A stretch of 64,000 nt of DNA from assembly GCA_965178125.1 (NCBI GenBank), contig OZ237737.1, positions 992,001 through 1,056,000 on the forward strand, written 5' to 3'. The position numbers were made by a program, and so were the translations under genes. Of the stretch, positions 1-11,918 are shown in pieces (positions within the stretch are counted from its first letter, which is position 1; each line of letters begins with the position of its first letter). The DNA comes from Bilabrum cf. latius (taxonomy: Eukaryota). Below the pieces are notes generated by a model, which was not told where the DNA came from, ran no database searches, and saw only the letters and a list, made by a program, of their open reading frames with translations.

Positions 1-1
1 T

Positions 2-550
2 GACGCAAACACCTTTGAGGCAGAAGAAGCTGTCGCTGGGTACGTCACGGGGGCTCCAGAGTCTGGTGGAAACGGCCTGCTGGAAGACTTGCAGGCAGCT
101 GCACCCGCTCTAGCCGAACGCCTCACGGTAGACACATCGACCATCTCGTTCGAGACTGAAACGCTCACGGAGGCGGAGGTGGTCACGACGTACGTTGAGA
201 CTGATAGTACCCCGGTAGTGGCTCCCTCACCCTCTTCGCAGCCAGCCCCTGCAGCATCGGCCAGCCCGTCGCCTGCCTCGGCTGGGGAACCGGTTGACCT
301 GGACGAAGACAATGAGGACGAGGATGGTGAGGACGGGATCCCCATGGTTGCTATCATTGCAGCAGCCGTCGGAGTGGTTGTTCTCGTCGGCGTTTCAGTG
401 ACGGCGTATTGCTGTTGCTGCGCGGCGAAGGCGGCCAACAAGACTGGGGTTCAACGGGGAGGGAAGGTTACCATCATCCACACCAATGGAAGCTTCAATG
501 CAGCTAACCCTATGTCGAAGGCCGTCCAAGGCCGGCCTGTGCTCGCTTGA
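2..550 (+). CDS. 3' part of a single-pass (type I) membrane protein; 5' end lies outside the window
   Basis: Frame is open from base 2 to TGA at 548-550. It has a Ser/Pro/Ala-rich stalk, an acidic patch, a TM helix (IPMVAIIAAAVGVVVLVGVSVTAY), a juxtamembrane CCCC and a short tail. Confidence 0.75.
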   Translation, partial: DANTFEAEEAVAGYVTGAPESGGNGLLEDLQAAAPALAERLTVDTSTISFETETLTEAEVVTTYVETDSTPVVAPSPSSQPAPAASASPSPASAGEPVDLDEDNEDEDGEDGIPMVAIIAAAVGVVVLVGVSVTAYCCCCAAKAANKTGVQRGGKVTIIHTNGSFNAANPMSKAVQGRPVLA

Positions 551-933
551 AAGATATCGTTTGCGTGTCTGTGCGATGCACATGCTGGTGTTGGAGAGCT
601 GGATCTGCCGGACGACGGCGGTCATGATAGCATTAACCAGCACCATGTGTCTGAGCGGATTTGATCCGTGCAAGTTTAGATCCGGGTCAGTCTAATAGTA
701 GCCTGTGGCGGGCTCTTGCCGCGCCCTTGGCGGCTGCTTGAGCGCACTTTGTGCTCCGATATGTTGAATTGACGCAAATACTGGATCGGATACTGCCACA
801 TATAAAAACTTCTGTTACGAGCAAAGCTACAGAATTGGTTCCACAAAGGCCTGCACTGGGATGAGATCTGACTTAGATGGAACCAACCAAAGGTTCGTGT
901 TCTGGAAGAGGGTCTGCTCAGAGACATGGTCGT

Positions 934-2427
934 TCAGCGCACCAGTGCGCAGTCATTGCCTGGCTTTCCATTCGTACACTTCTCTTTGAATGCATTGACC
1001 CAGTCCACCTGGTTCGTGCCAGCAGCCTGGAACGCAACGCCCATTGCTGTCACTGCGGCCTGCGGCTCGACGCGGTGGTGCGGTGAGTTCAGGAGACCCC
1101 CGACGCACACCCTCTCGAACTTGATCTTCTTCTGCATGTCGAAGCCGCCACCTCCGCCCCCCATCTCAGTCACGGCAGATTCGGCACACTCCTGCACTGC
1201 ACCCAGAGCATTGCCCGCCTCTTCGTCGGTGAGACCTGCAAGCACCAGGTCGGCTCTGTCCTCCTTTCGCAGCAGCGAAATGTGAGGACTTCTCTCCAGG
1301 AGCGGGCCGAGGTCGGAGTTGCCGCGCAGGAGCATGGCGATCCATGAGCCGTACCCTCCCCCTTCGGTGATGCTCTCCAGGTCCCTGCGGAAGCCGAAGT
1401 TGTACTGCGCCAGTTCGTTTTGGACCCTGCACATGTCGGCCTCGAGGACGTTAAAGAACTCGAGGTTGTTGGCCCAGTCGGCGATGGCCTCGTAATCTGC
1501 GCCGCTCACGTCTATTGGTGCGAGGGTCATGTGTGCGCGTGCTGAGGGCTGCAAGTAGGCCACTACAGTGTTCTTGCCCTTCACTTGGACGGGAAGGAAG
1601 CCGTCTTGGTTAGCCGGCAGGACTTTGAGGTTCTTCTTGGCGCAGGTCTTGAAGAAGCTTCCGAAGATGTCGGTGATTTTCGATTGGTCATCGGACGAAG
1701 GCTGGCCTTGGCCATAGACCGGGACCCTGCCAGGGTGGGACCTCCGAAAGTCTTCCAGAATCTTGGCGATCTCAACCGGGGTCTTATCAGCAAATAGGGC
1801 CAGGAGGTTGGTCAGCCGAGCGTTCTGATCACGGATCCGATCCGCAAACGTCTGCTGGGCGTATTTGATGTTATCGCTCCCATCCGAGAAACCTGAGGAG
1901 AAATCTTCACGCTGTTGTTGCATGTTATCGGCTGGAAACAGTTGCTGTGCAAGACGCTGCACTGCTGTGGTGCGATCGCCGACGTTGATCTTGCCGCGGG
2001 TCGGATCCCGAGCTTGCGCCACGTTCAGCTCATCCAGCTCCGCAGCAGCAGCTTCACCAAGAGCTTCAATTGATGCTGGAGGTCCCGGTAGCCGCGCCTG
2101 CCAGGCAGCCACACCGGCAGCCAAACACGTAGCGTCGTTGAAGTTGTTGGGATCTTGGCAGTTGGGGTTGCCACCGCCAATGCCTCCTCCCCATCGATCC
2201 AGCTGTGGCGCGATGATTCCGCGTTTGGACAGCAGCGCGACGAAGAAGCTCTGTCCATCCTCTGGCAGGTCAGCGCGAGCGTGCGACCTAGAACGGCCTC
2301 GGATTGAACGGAAGCGGTTCTCATTCCTTTGATGGGTCAGGCCCCACTATTCGAATGCTGAAGTCTTTGCATGCTAAGCAAATGATGTGATAGCCAAACT
2401 TGCGACTACAATCAGGATATTGTGCAT
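934..2427 (-). CDS. Secreted hypothetical protein, ~497 aa (TAG=Gln)
   Basis: ORF 934..2124 extends upstream through in-frame TAGs at 2347-49 and 2374-76 to ATG at 2427. This gives a signal-peptide-like start (MHNILIVVASLAITSFA-Q). It ends at TGA (934-936). Confidence 0.7.
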
Positions 2428-2623
2428 CCGTGGCTGCTACTGAGCGATGAAAATGATATGGCGGCTCTCTGGCGTTTGATTCTGTATTTTGATACGCAGG
2501 ATTAAGTATTCGCAACTTGAAAACCGAATCCACTGGTTTGATCCAGGATTCTTCTTATTCGATCTGCCAACGGAGTGGCACGTATGCATTCTTCCCAGTG
2601 TAGGACTGGCCGGCTACGTGGAA

Positions 2624-3103
2624 TCAGCCAGCTGCATCTCTGTGGCTGCTAGTAGGGGTTGCGGGTGTGTCGGGAGCCAGGTCTGCTGCAGCCTGAAGCC
2701 CTTGCTGTAGTCGTAACTGGTAGAGCGCATCCGTTGTAGCCCGCAGCTGCTATTCATAGTGAGCTAGGGCACAGCCTTGCGGATTGGCCCGCCTTTGCTG
2801 CCGATCGCGTCCTTGAAGTAGCTTGTCGTCGGCACTGCGTGCGAACGACCACTGCTTGGCAAGCAGGAGCACTACAAGAGAGTTGTGAGGTATCCGTCGC
2901 GGGGCTCCGATGCGCAGTCTCTCAAAGCAAGACGCAGGCGCACCGTGGCGTTCCAATGCGTTGACCCTTGTGTTGGTCGCAGCCCCGGGGCTGCGACCTC
3001 GTGGTCGCCGCGCGCACCAGTTGCGGAACCCGACGAGTGTTCGGTGCGTTGTGCAACAAGAGACAACCAGAAATAAAGCAGCGAAGGTCGATATCTGCCT
3101 CAT
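2624..3103 (-). CDS. Possible small hypothetical protein; structure uncertain, may contain an intron near 2872-2943
   Basis: ORF 2750..3103 reads through a TAG to TGA at 2624-26. It has a hydrophobic N-terminus and no recognisable domain. Confidence 0.25.
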
Positions 3104-3189
3104 ACTGCTGCAGCCTTATTAAATTGGTTAGTTCGAGTGTCTGAGGATATATTCGACTTGATTGCATCGGGTTGGCTGCACGGCGGAAC

Positions 3190-4482
3190 ATGCGGTCACT
3201 CGTCGAAATCTTATGCTGTTGTATACTCGTCTCTGTACAGTTCATCCACAGTGCTCGAGCCCAAAGTAGCAATCAGATATCTGATAATACAGTGCTTGCA
3301 GTGCTTGCGGATGATAGAAAGGTGCCTGTGCAGACACGAAACCAGTGGGGGATACGACTGGAGAGCATTGCGGCGGAGGCAAGTGACTGTTTCAGCCTAT
3401 GTGACAGTATTCAGCCATCAACTTTATCCCCTATCAGTTGCATGCCACTCGGACATATTTCTCCCCGGCCTCTGATGCAACGCGTCTGCCAGCACGGCTG
3501 GTCGCACTCGGGACTGGGGCTGCTGAAATCAGCTTGCCATACAGGTTGCGCCTTCCCAGCGACGTGCTCCGCCAGCGAGTACGAGTCCCTGCACAACCGT
3601 ATCATGTCGGAGAAAGTTGAGGCGCGGCACCGCAGGCGGAACCGCAAGAAGCAGCGCAAGCAGCGGGCCCCGGATCCCCGCGCGCTTGGACGCGATCTCA
3701 ACGCAGACGAGTTCGAGGCAGCCAGGCGCTCCGTCGCAAGCGATCTGCACCCACCCGCGGAGCGATACCGGGATATTGCAGCCACGGTGTCCGCGATTAA
3801 TCTGACGGCAAGCACGCTGCGAAGCGAGGCGTGCAGCCCTGAAGGCATCGCTAGCAGGCTCGGTGCCATGGCAACTCGCGTGAACGACAGGGCAAGCCTC
3901 GAGGCGTGCGAGCGCGGTCGAGACACGTCGATCGCGGCTGGTTGCGAGCTTGCAGTGGCCTGGCACCGCGAACACGAGGTGCAAGTGGCGGTGATGGGTG
4001 ACCTCAGCAGCAGGTATGGAGCTGACAATCCCGATGGCAGCGCCTCAGTTGACTCGTCCGAGATGCGAGTGCAGGTACAGGTGGGAATTGATGTGGACGA
4101 TGGCAGCATAGCAAGCAACTAGCAAGAGTCAGAACCCACCCAGGGACTCCGAGGGGCGGGCAAGCCCGAAGAAGCCGATGCCCCAGCAGACGATCCAGCA
4201 GAGGAAATGGCTGGGACTATGGAGGTGGCCAAGGAGGAGCCCAACGAGCCGGTCAAGAGAGATGTAACACTCGATTTGGCCCCCGCAGATTCACCCTAGA
4301 CCGACGGAGATAGCAACGGGGTAGAGAAGGCAGCCGGGAATAAGCAAGAATCGGGCTCTGTGGAAGCGCAAGACCACGAAGAATCAGCGGGTGGCGTCAA
4401 AGACGACTCCCGGCTGCAGGCTCTACTGGCTGCAAGAGCAGCACGCGACGAGAAAACCAAACCAAACTCTGACAGCAGCTAA
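3190..4482 (+). CDS. Secreted hypothetical protein, ~430 aa, Cys-containing N-terminal half and acidic low-complexity tail
   Basis: ATG at 3190 starts a signal peptide (MRSLVEILCCCILVSVQFIHSARA-Q). The frame continues past TAG 4120-22 and a second TAG to TAA at 4480-82. Confidence 0.7.
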
Positions 4483-4615
4483 TTCTGTATTGGAGCTTTG
4501 GTCGGGGCCCAGACGCAGCTCATGGTGATGCAGACATTGGGTCGGGTCGGCGACGCGCACAAGCGGGCTTTCGATCATCATCACGATTAGCGACATCGGA
4601 GCAATACAATTATAC

Positions 4616-7600
4616 TTAATCCTCCACCACCATCATCTCATCCTGTACCATCTTCAGCTCGAGCTCTTCGTCCCGCTCGCGCCTGGCCCTGATCAAATTC
4701 CTGGCTTTAAGCAGCCTGGCGTGAGCCTCCCCTGCCATGTCAGGTCCCTTGGACTCGTCGACGGTGACTTCGATGGGCTTCTCTTCGGATTCAGGCTCTT
4801 CCTCTTCCTCTTCAAGGCCCATAAGCGCGTGTTCAACGGGCGCATGCGCAACGCCGAGGTGAAGCCTGAACGTCGGTGTTTTCCAAGCCTCTCGCCGCAG
4901 GCCAATGGCCCGCTCCAGCCGGATCAGCACCTGCCTCTCATCCTCAGTCTCATGCCCACCTGCGGCTCGCGAAGCATCCGCTCTGGCGCGCAGCTCCTCT
5001 CTCTTCTTTCCGATCAGCTTCAGGGCGCGGCGTTCAAGTGCCAGCATCCTCAGGATTGTCGTTTGCACGCGGAATTGCACGTAGGTCTGCAGCACCCGCC
5101 GCTCCATCGTGCGGCCTGCTTCTGCCAGCGGGGTGACGCCGGCCTTCCTGTCGCGGCCAGAGAGAAGCACATCGCCGAGGTCTTCGCTCATCTGGTACAC
5201 GACGATGGCATATGCCGGGTCCATCCCGGATGCAGCCGCGGCAGCGTGCGGCAAGGTGACCACTTCCAGTCTACCAGCCAGAGGTGAATTGCTCTCCATG
5301 AGGTCGTTGCCCTGGTACATGTGCATGCAGGGCATCCACCCGATCCAGCGGAACAGCATTGGTAAAAAGATCAGCAGGTAAATCAGGGTGCCAAGTGCCC
5401 ACACCGGCTCAGTCGTGAACACGCCAAGAGCTTGCGAGACGAAGAATGTCCTCACATAGTCGAGAATGACCGTTTCGCCGTATGTGAGCCCAAACAACAG
5501 GATGTAGAACAGTACGAACCCCAGGTAAACAGCAAACGCGATCCACGCGATCAGGCTGAACTTGATGTCCTCGAGGGCAGGACAGCCGCAGCAGCAGTCC
5601 TTGGGTCGTTCCCACAGGGTTTGTTTCGTTACTTCTTTCATGATTGGGTCCTCGAGGACCTCTTTGGCTGCCCTGGCAATGGAAGCGCGCAGGCACTTCC
5701 TGGGCCGCCTGCCAAAGTACTCGATGTCCTTCATGGTGAGCCTTGTGCCTCGGTCGGCACGCAGCAGTTGCTTCTAGAGCTCCTCCAGCTTGTTCGCACA
5801 CGCGGAATCGTCCTCAATTTCAGGCTCGCTGCAGTTGCAAACGATTCTTTGCGCGGCATGATGCCTTGCGAGTACATTGCAGCAAGAATCCTTCGGGATT
5901 GTATAGTAGTCGAACCAACCCTCCTAAGATCGACCCAACCAGCAGCAGCCGTGCGGTCGCTCGTGCACAACTCGGTGACGACGCATGACAAACATGCGCT
6001 GGTCAGGGTGCCGCTCAAGGCATTGCATCAAGCAGCCGCAGTAATCGACACAGCACTCTGGGGCCTCCTCAAATCCAGCCTCAAGATCGTCAATCTCGTC
6101 GATCGAGCTCCTAGAAAGCGGATCGTACGGGCTGGACAGCAGCTAGTCCCGAAACTGGGGCAAAATCTCAGGCTAAATTGGCGGCCGATCAAGCATCTAG
6201 GCCTCCAGCTGGTGTTCGTGGGAGCATGGGCACCAGCTCGGTATCCCGCAGCACCTGCACGACAGCCGGACGCCGTAGACGCCGCAGTTCCACCTCCTTC
6301 CACGCGTCATCCTGTTGCCGATTCGTATGGCACGAAGAGTGGCATGTACCTGCGACACCGCGATAAGGAGCTTCTGCCTGTACTTGCTTGTCGGTATCTC
6401 GCCGGGTCCCAGCATGCGAGCGAACGGGAATTCCTCGTCGCCATCAAAGATGGTCTCTGGTACCTCGCCTGTGCCAAGCCGCTTCGCACTGAGCTGTCTC
6501 GCGCTCATCATTGCCATGCTGCCGTGAGAGCCGAGCTTGCGCATGCTCTTTCCCCGAGACGGCAACTTCGACATGGTTCCGGGTCGTGTCATCACGCCAT
6601 CGCCCATCTCCCCTGCGTGAGCTGCCGATTCAGCAGCCACTTTGGCTTGTTTCTCCTAAAACCTGTGCTTTTCCTTGGGATCGACAAGATACCGCTGCAG
6701 AAAGTGCCGTGAGCACGCAGCAAAGAAGTCCTCTTCCAGCTCTTCCAGCGTGCGCGGGTGGTGCATGGCAGACTCTGCGCTGGCGATCACGAGTCGGGCT
6801 CGAAGGTGCTGCAAAATCTGCCCAAAGCGTGCCTCTGCTGCGCGTCGAATCTCAAGCTCACGCCACAAGGCAAAGAAGTGCAATCTAAAGCACTCTTCGG
6901 ACGCTCTCTCGAAAATCCACTCGAAAAAGTATACGACAGGGAGTTCAAGCACGGCAGCAATCAGACCAAACACAACCGTCTCCCAGAAAGTAAATGGGTC
7001 CTCGCACGATGGGTCTTCCGGATCATTGCACCCGCGAAATCCCCAGAAAAATGTCGTGACAAACATGGCGGTGAGTACTGCGGCAATGAATACCCCAAGG
7101 CGGGTGTATCGCGGACTCGTATAGTCAAATCTCGTGCACATTCCGCAGTACGTGTGGTGGCAGCACATCGTGATTGCCCACGCGTACATGACGAACCCAG
7201 TGCGCCGCCAAAACGTCGAGCAGCTGTCGCAGCAAGCCTCGTCCTCATTGATCTCTTCATCCTGGTTTGGTGCCTCTTGAGAGCCCCCCGCGCCAGGAAC
7301 ACCCTCCAGGTCATCCATTGAGTCAAAGGCAGCACCCTTGCTGGATTTCATCATCTCTGAGAATTTAGGTGCCCTGCGGCGACCAGCCTTGGCGTCTTCG
7401 GGCGGGGGTTGCATGCTGGAGCTACCAGCAGACGGCACCTTGCGACCAGACAAGGCGATGTTGCCTTGCTTGGACGGTCTCCCGTCCTGGAGGTTACTAG
7501 TGGTGTGTCCTCCACCCGGACCACCTGTCATCCTGCCGTTCTATATGGCTATGTCTAAGCTGGCTGACGTCCCGTCGTGATGATCCACTGCAGTCAGTCC

Positions 7601-10600
7601 AGGATGATCGTCCAGCATCGCCATGTACATTCCACGCATGACCGTCGTTCCCCCGATCCTCTTGGGATGACCCAAGTGGAACGTAGGCTCCCTCTTTGGC
7701 TCCGGAGCCGGCATCTCATTGTCCAATCGACGAGACGGCTGTACCTTCGCCGCAGGCTCGGGCGAGCGGACAGCAACTTCGCTAGAGGGGCCAAAGGTAC
7801 TAGCTCGATTGGGTTCTGCTACCGCCCCAGTGTTAGCGGCAGCAGCTGTATCGCCGGTCAGTGTCGCACCGACCGTGCCGGTGCCCCTCCCAGTACTGTT
7901 GTCACTCGTTGCGCTTGTGGCACTACCCTCTTTGAATCCAGATCCATCGCCAAGATCCTGCCTGCTGCCAGCCCATCGGTTCGGCGAGCCGATGTCAGGC
8001 TTCACATCTGCGCTCCGAGGGGAGGCAGGCCGTGCCCCATTCACCTGCACCGGCTGGCTGTTGGATTCCGCAAGCTACCCGGCTCTGCCTTCTACAATGG
8101 ATGCGTACTTTTCCTCTCTAGCTGCGTTCAGCGAGCCCCCGCCTTGCTTGGCAGCTGCCTCACCTGCCCTGCGAGCCAGACTCGTGATCTGCTCGAATGT
8201 TCGAGTCAGCTCGATCTCCGTTTGGTAGTCTAAGCCTTTGGCCTCTGCCAGCTTGATTAAGTTCGTGAGGTGGATGTTGTAGTCCTCTACCTCAGTAAGC
8301 ATCCGAATGAACTTGATCTCGTCGTCTTCCAGGAGCTCGTCCGCGAAGGCAGCTGTCTGCTTCGCGTCGAGGTAGCAAACTACGGCCAAGAGAACCAAAG
8401 AAACAATCAACAAACTTCCTACCAGTATGAACACACCCGGGTTGTTCAGGATGGTCTCACGATCAAAGGCAGTTGCAGCCTGGCTAAACACCTTTCTCTA
8501 GTCACTGCCTAGCTGCTGCATGCGCCCCTTGATGTCCGTGTGGTGGCCGCAGAGACACGCGAGGGCCCCGATGTCAAGGTCAACGTAGTCGGGCTTGCAT
8601 CCGCGCGTCTCCCAGCTTCCTTGACCTCCAGCAGCCTCTTCGTCCCAAAACTCGCACCGAACAACAGTGAACTGTGGAACAACTGTGTCTGAGGCGTTTC
8701 TCTCGATGGTGACGTTGGGGCGCGAGCCGACTAATGGAATTTCCTCGAGATCCTCATTCACGATTTGTAACTGCAGCTCAGCAGCTAGAATAACAGTGTC
8801 AATCGGAAGAAAGACCCTCGACTGGAGCCCGAAAGAATCCGGCTGCACAACGTCGCCAGAGTCTTGCTCGATAGCATCCACCGAGACGGTGAGGGTCGTG
8901 CGTGGGCGGCTGCCAGCCGGTGCCGTGAACACTGTATCGTTGCCTGTGCCAGAGCTAATGTTGGCGGGTGTCCCGGTTACATTCTGGCCCAGCAGAGTGC
9001 TAGCGTTCTCAGAGATCTCGTCAGCGTGGAGCTCGATTGGCCAGCGAGCAGCAACGAATGCAAGCTCCTGCGATCCAGGCGACGCCCCCGACTCTGCAAC
9101 CGGCTGCAACCCAAATACACCGCCAGCGGAGTCTGATGCAACTGCTGTACCAGGTGAACGTGTTGCACTGGATCCATTGAAGGTCACTGCCGAGCTCGCG
9201 GATCCTTGCGGGGTACCCACAGCAGCGGCAAGAGCCAGGGACGAGTTCTGCGAGCCTGGAGCGGCAGCAGCATCCTATTGGCTGGCAATCAGCCCGTTTC
9301 CTTCGTCAGCATCGGCACTAGCTGCCGCTTGCAACATCCTGCGGAGCATACCATCCGGGCTTTCAGGTGCGCGAGGTGCGCCTGACGCAGTCAGCGCGCC
9401 CCCGTTCGAGCGTACCCAGACTCTGCGCAAGGACAGGCGCCGGGCCTCAGCGGCACCATCGTCCGTGTCCTGCAGATCTAGAACAGTAGGAGCCTCGCCA
9501 GGCACAGAATCGGCCACAAAAAGCCGCCCCACGCTCCGCAGGGTGGCCTTTGCTCCTGTGACCACCGGTGCTTCAGCCCGAGCAACACCATCTGTTGCTG
9601 CGCCCGTGCTGGCCTGCAGACGGCGCCGCACCGCTGCCCTCCTACCACTAATCGTGTTTACGCCCTCCGTTTGCTGCTGCGCAGCTTCCTCCTCTCTTGC
9701 GGCGGCAGCCGAGGACTCTGCGTTGAAGTTGCCGAGGGCGCCCTGTATGGCCCTGCCAACAGGGTCTGCTCGACCAGGGTCCATCTCAAATTGACCCGCG
9801 GTGTCTGTCGCGCTGCTACCTGTGCCAGCCTAATTCTGAACACGAGTGAACTCCCGCTCCTGTGCTTCGATAATCACTTGCACATTGTCCACCACAGACT
9901 CTGCCAACTCTTCGGAAGCGACGCCCACGCTAGCAGCACCCTGCATGGATCGCCCAACAAGCTGAATGGCGGCGTTGGACGGAGGAACTTCCCGTAGAAC
10001 TCGGGAGGTCACGTCAACCGAAAGCCGCTGCAGCTCTGCTGCCACACTGCCTGGCTCAGGTGGCGGCAGCACAACGCCCTCTGGCACCTCACCGTTGGGA
10101 GTCACGCTCAGCGGCAGGGCCAGCGAGAGACCAGAGGTCAGGAGTAGGCTCTGCTGGGCGCTTCGCGTAGCAATCAAGGAGCTAGTTCGCTGCAGCTACC
10201 CGCGTAAAAACGGAGCAACGACGTCGGGGTCAGCTGCCTGGTTGTCCGTGAGCGATCCCGCGAGCTAAACCACCCGCCCGAAAGCTACCTGTGCTCCAAA
10301 GCGATCGGTCACAACCACGACTGCTACGGCCAAGTACCCGCGGAGCGTGCGAATCCCCGGCATGATGGTGGTCGCAACTGGATTGGGCGAATTCAGGCCA
10401 ACAGTTGACGCCTCAGCAGACCGTGCGGTCCGAAACGCGGAGGTGGAGTTGAGCGTATCGCCTGGCAGCTTGCTTCCCGGCGACGCCAAACCGGAGCTCT
10501 CGAGCGCACTGAGTGGTGTGACGAGGAACTCGTACTGCAGCGGCAGATCCTCCGGGTCATCCTGCCAACCAGAAGCGACGAGAACGAAGTCGTCCAGCAG

Positions 10601-11548
10601 TGCACGCCCCTGTCCCGTGGCAGACACCGTCAGGGTGCCTGTGGACGGGGGCTCGTTGGCCACAAGCCACACGTCCACGAAAGGGTCATCATCGTCGGGT
10701 ACCGTGCCCACAAAATAGGTGGATACTCTAAACTGATAAACGGTGCCAGGAGTGAGGCTGTTCTCCGCAAATACGACCTGCGGGCCGCTCACGCCGGTCA
10801 GCAGCAGCCGCTCAGCGCTCTGCGATGGGATGCCTGTCGGGCCCGTGTCGAACAAGTCTGCGGGCAAGTCGCCTTCGATCTGCTGCCAACTGTATCGAAG
10901 AAGAACAGCTAGAATCGGAGACTCGATGGCAGGCCGCACCTGAACTGGTATTTTATAACTCGTGGCAACCTTGTAGCCGTCCACTCCGCTGCGTCCGGGG
11001 ACAGACGTGAGGGCGCTTCGGCCTCTCGTGCCCACACGGTCAACCACCAGAGACGGAAGCTCAGTTTCCAAAATGATGAGTCGGATCGATTCTCCAACTT
11101 TGGATTGCAGAGTGAGAGACCCACCTGAGACGAACGCAAGACTAGCAGGTGCGATAGACACACCTCCCTCAATGCAACCAGTTTCACCACCAGACGCTAA
11201 AAAATCGCCACAGTCTGATGAAACCGTGGTCCCATTAACACTAACCCCGCTACATTCCCACGCTTGGTTCGTACCAGTTTCGCAAGGGTGGTCCTTTAGT
11301 CGGGTACTAGAAAATGTAGCCGATGTGGCGCACGGTGACACCATGAGGCCGCCATCAACGTTCACGGCTGCATTACAGCTTCGGTCCGCAATCACTACGT
11401 ACTGCCCTAGACGTACAATCTACCTGAACTGGCCGTACAGTCCCTGGGCCGCTAATGCGTATCCAGCGGAATTGGGCTGCGACTGCGCTGCCACAGCCCA
11501 GTGCAGCACAAGAATAGTACAGACGGTGCTCAAAGACCTAAAGACCAT
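4616..11548 (-). CDS. Polycystin-1/PKDREJ-like membrane protein (signal peptide, REJ, GPS, ~5 TM), ~2,310 aa
   Basis: Nine minus-strand ORF pieces (low ends 10265, 9830, 9275, 8498, 8075, 7541, 6656, 6197, 4616) share one frame and are separated by TAG. The start is MVFRSLSTVCTILVLHWAVAA-Q at 11548 and the end is TAA at 4616-18. It has a REJ-like motif (NEPPSTGTLTVS...GWQDDPEDLPLQYEF), a GPS motif (CEFWDE...SWETRGC...CLCGHHTD) and polycystin-like TM helices. Confidence 0.8.
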
Positions 11549-11918
11549 TAAGTTTCTCGAAATTCGTGACTATCGCAAATTTTGCAGCAGCGATGGCTGC
11601 GAAAAGAACTGTAGTTTCGATTTCTTTCTGGTTCTGGCAAGTGCAGTTGCGGTCGCAAGTTCAATGAATCCGAGTCAATCGAAAGGCACTTCAGTCGCAA
11701 CCAGGTATGATCCTAAGAAAATGGTGCTCTCAACACAATATATTTAAATGCTATTATTTGCAGTGAATGAATTGCAGTATCTTCCAGCGAGAATTCATTA
11801 AAGGATGGTACTTTCCAAATGTACCGTGCATTTATTTTCAAAACCAGATTGCGACCAACTGCGACTTGCCAAACGGTCCATATGTCTTCGAGCAGCATTT
11901 TGGGACTAAGTACCCACC
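11549..11918. promoter_or_regulatory. Putative bidirectional promoter between the PKD1-like and dynein genes
   Basis: A 370-bp AT-richer interval lies between divergent start codons. The dynein ATG is in a CCACCATGG Kozak-like context. Confidence 0.5.

Noticed and set aside
5432-9794. Long plus-strand ORFs 5432..6712 and 8667..9794, and similar ones such as 27466..28497 and 61834..62904
   Set aside because: These are antisense shadow ORFs of real genes in GC-rich, codon-biased DNA, with no recognisable protein features.
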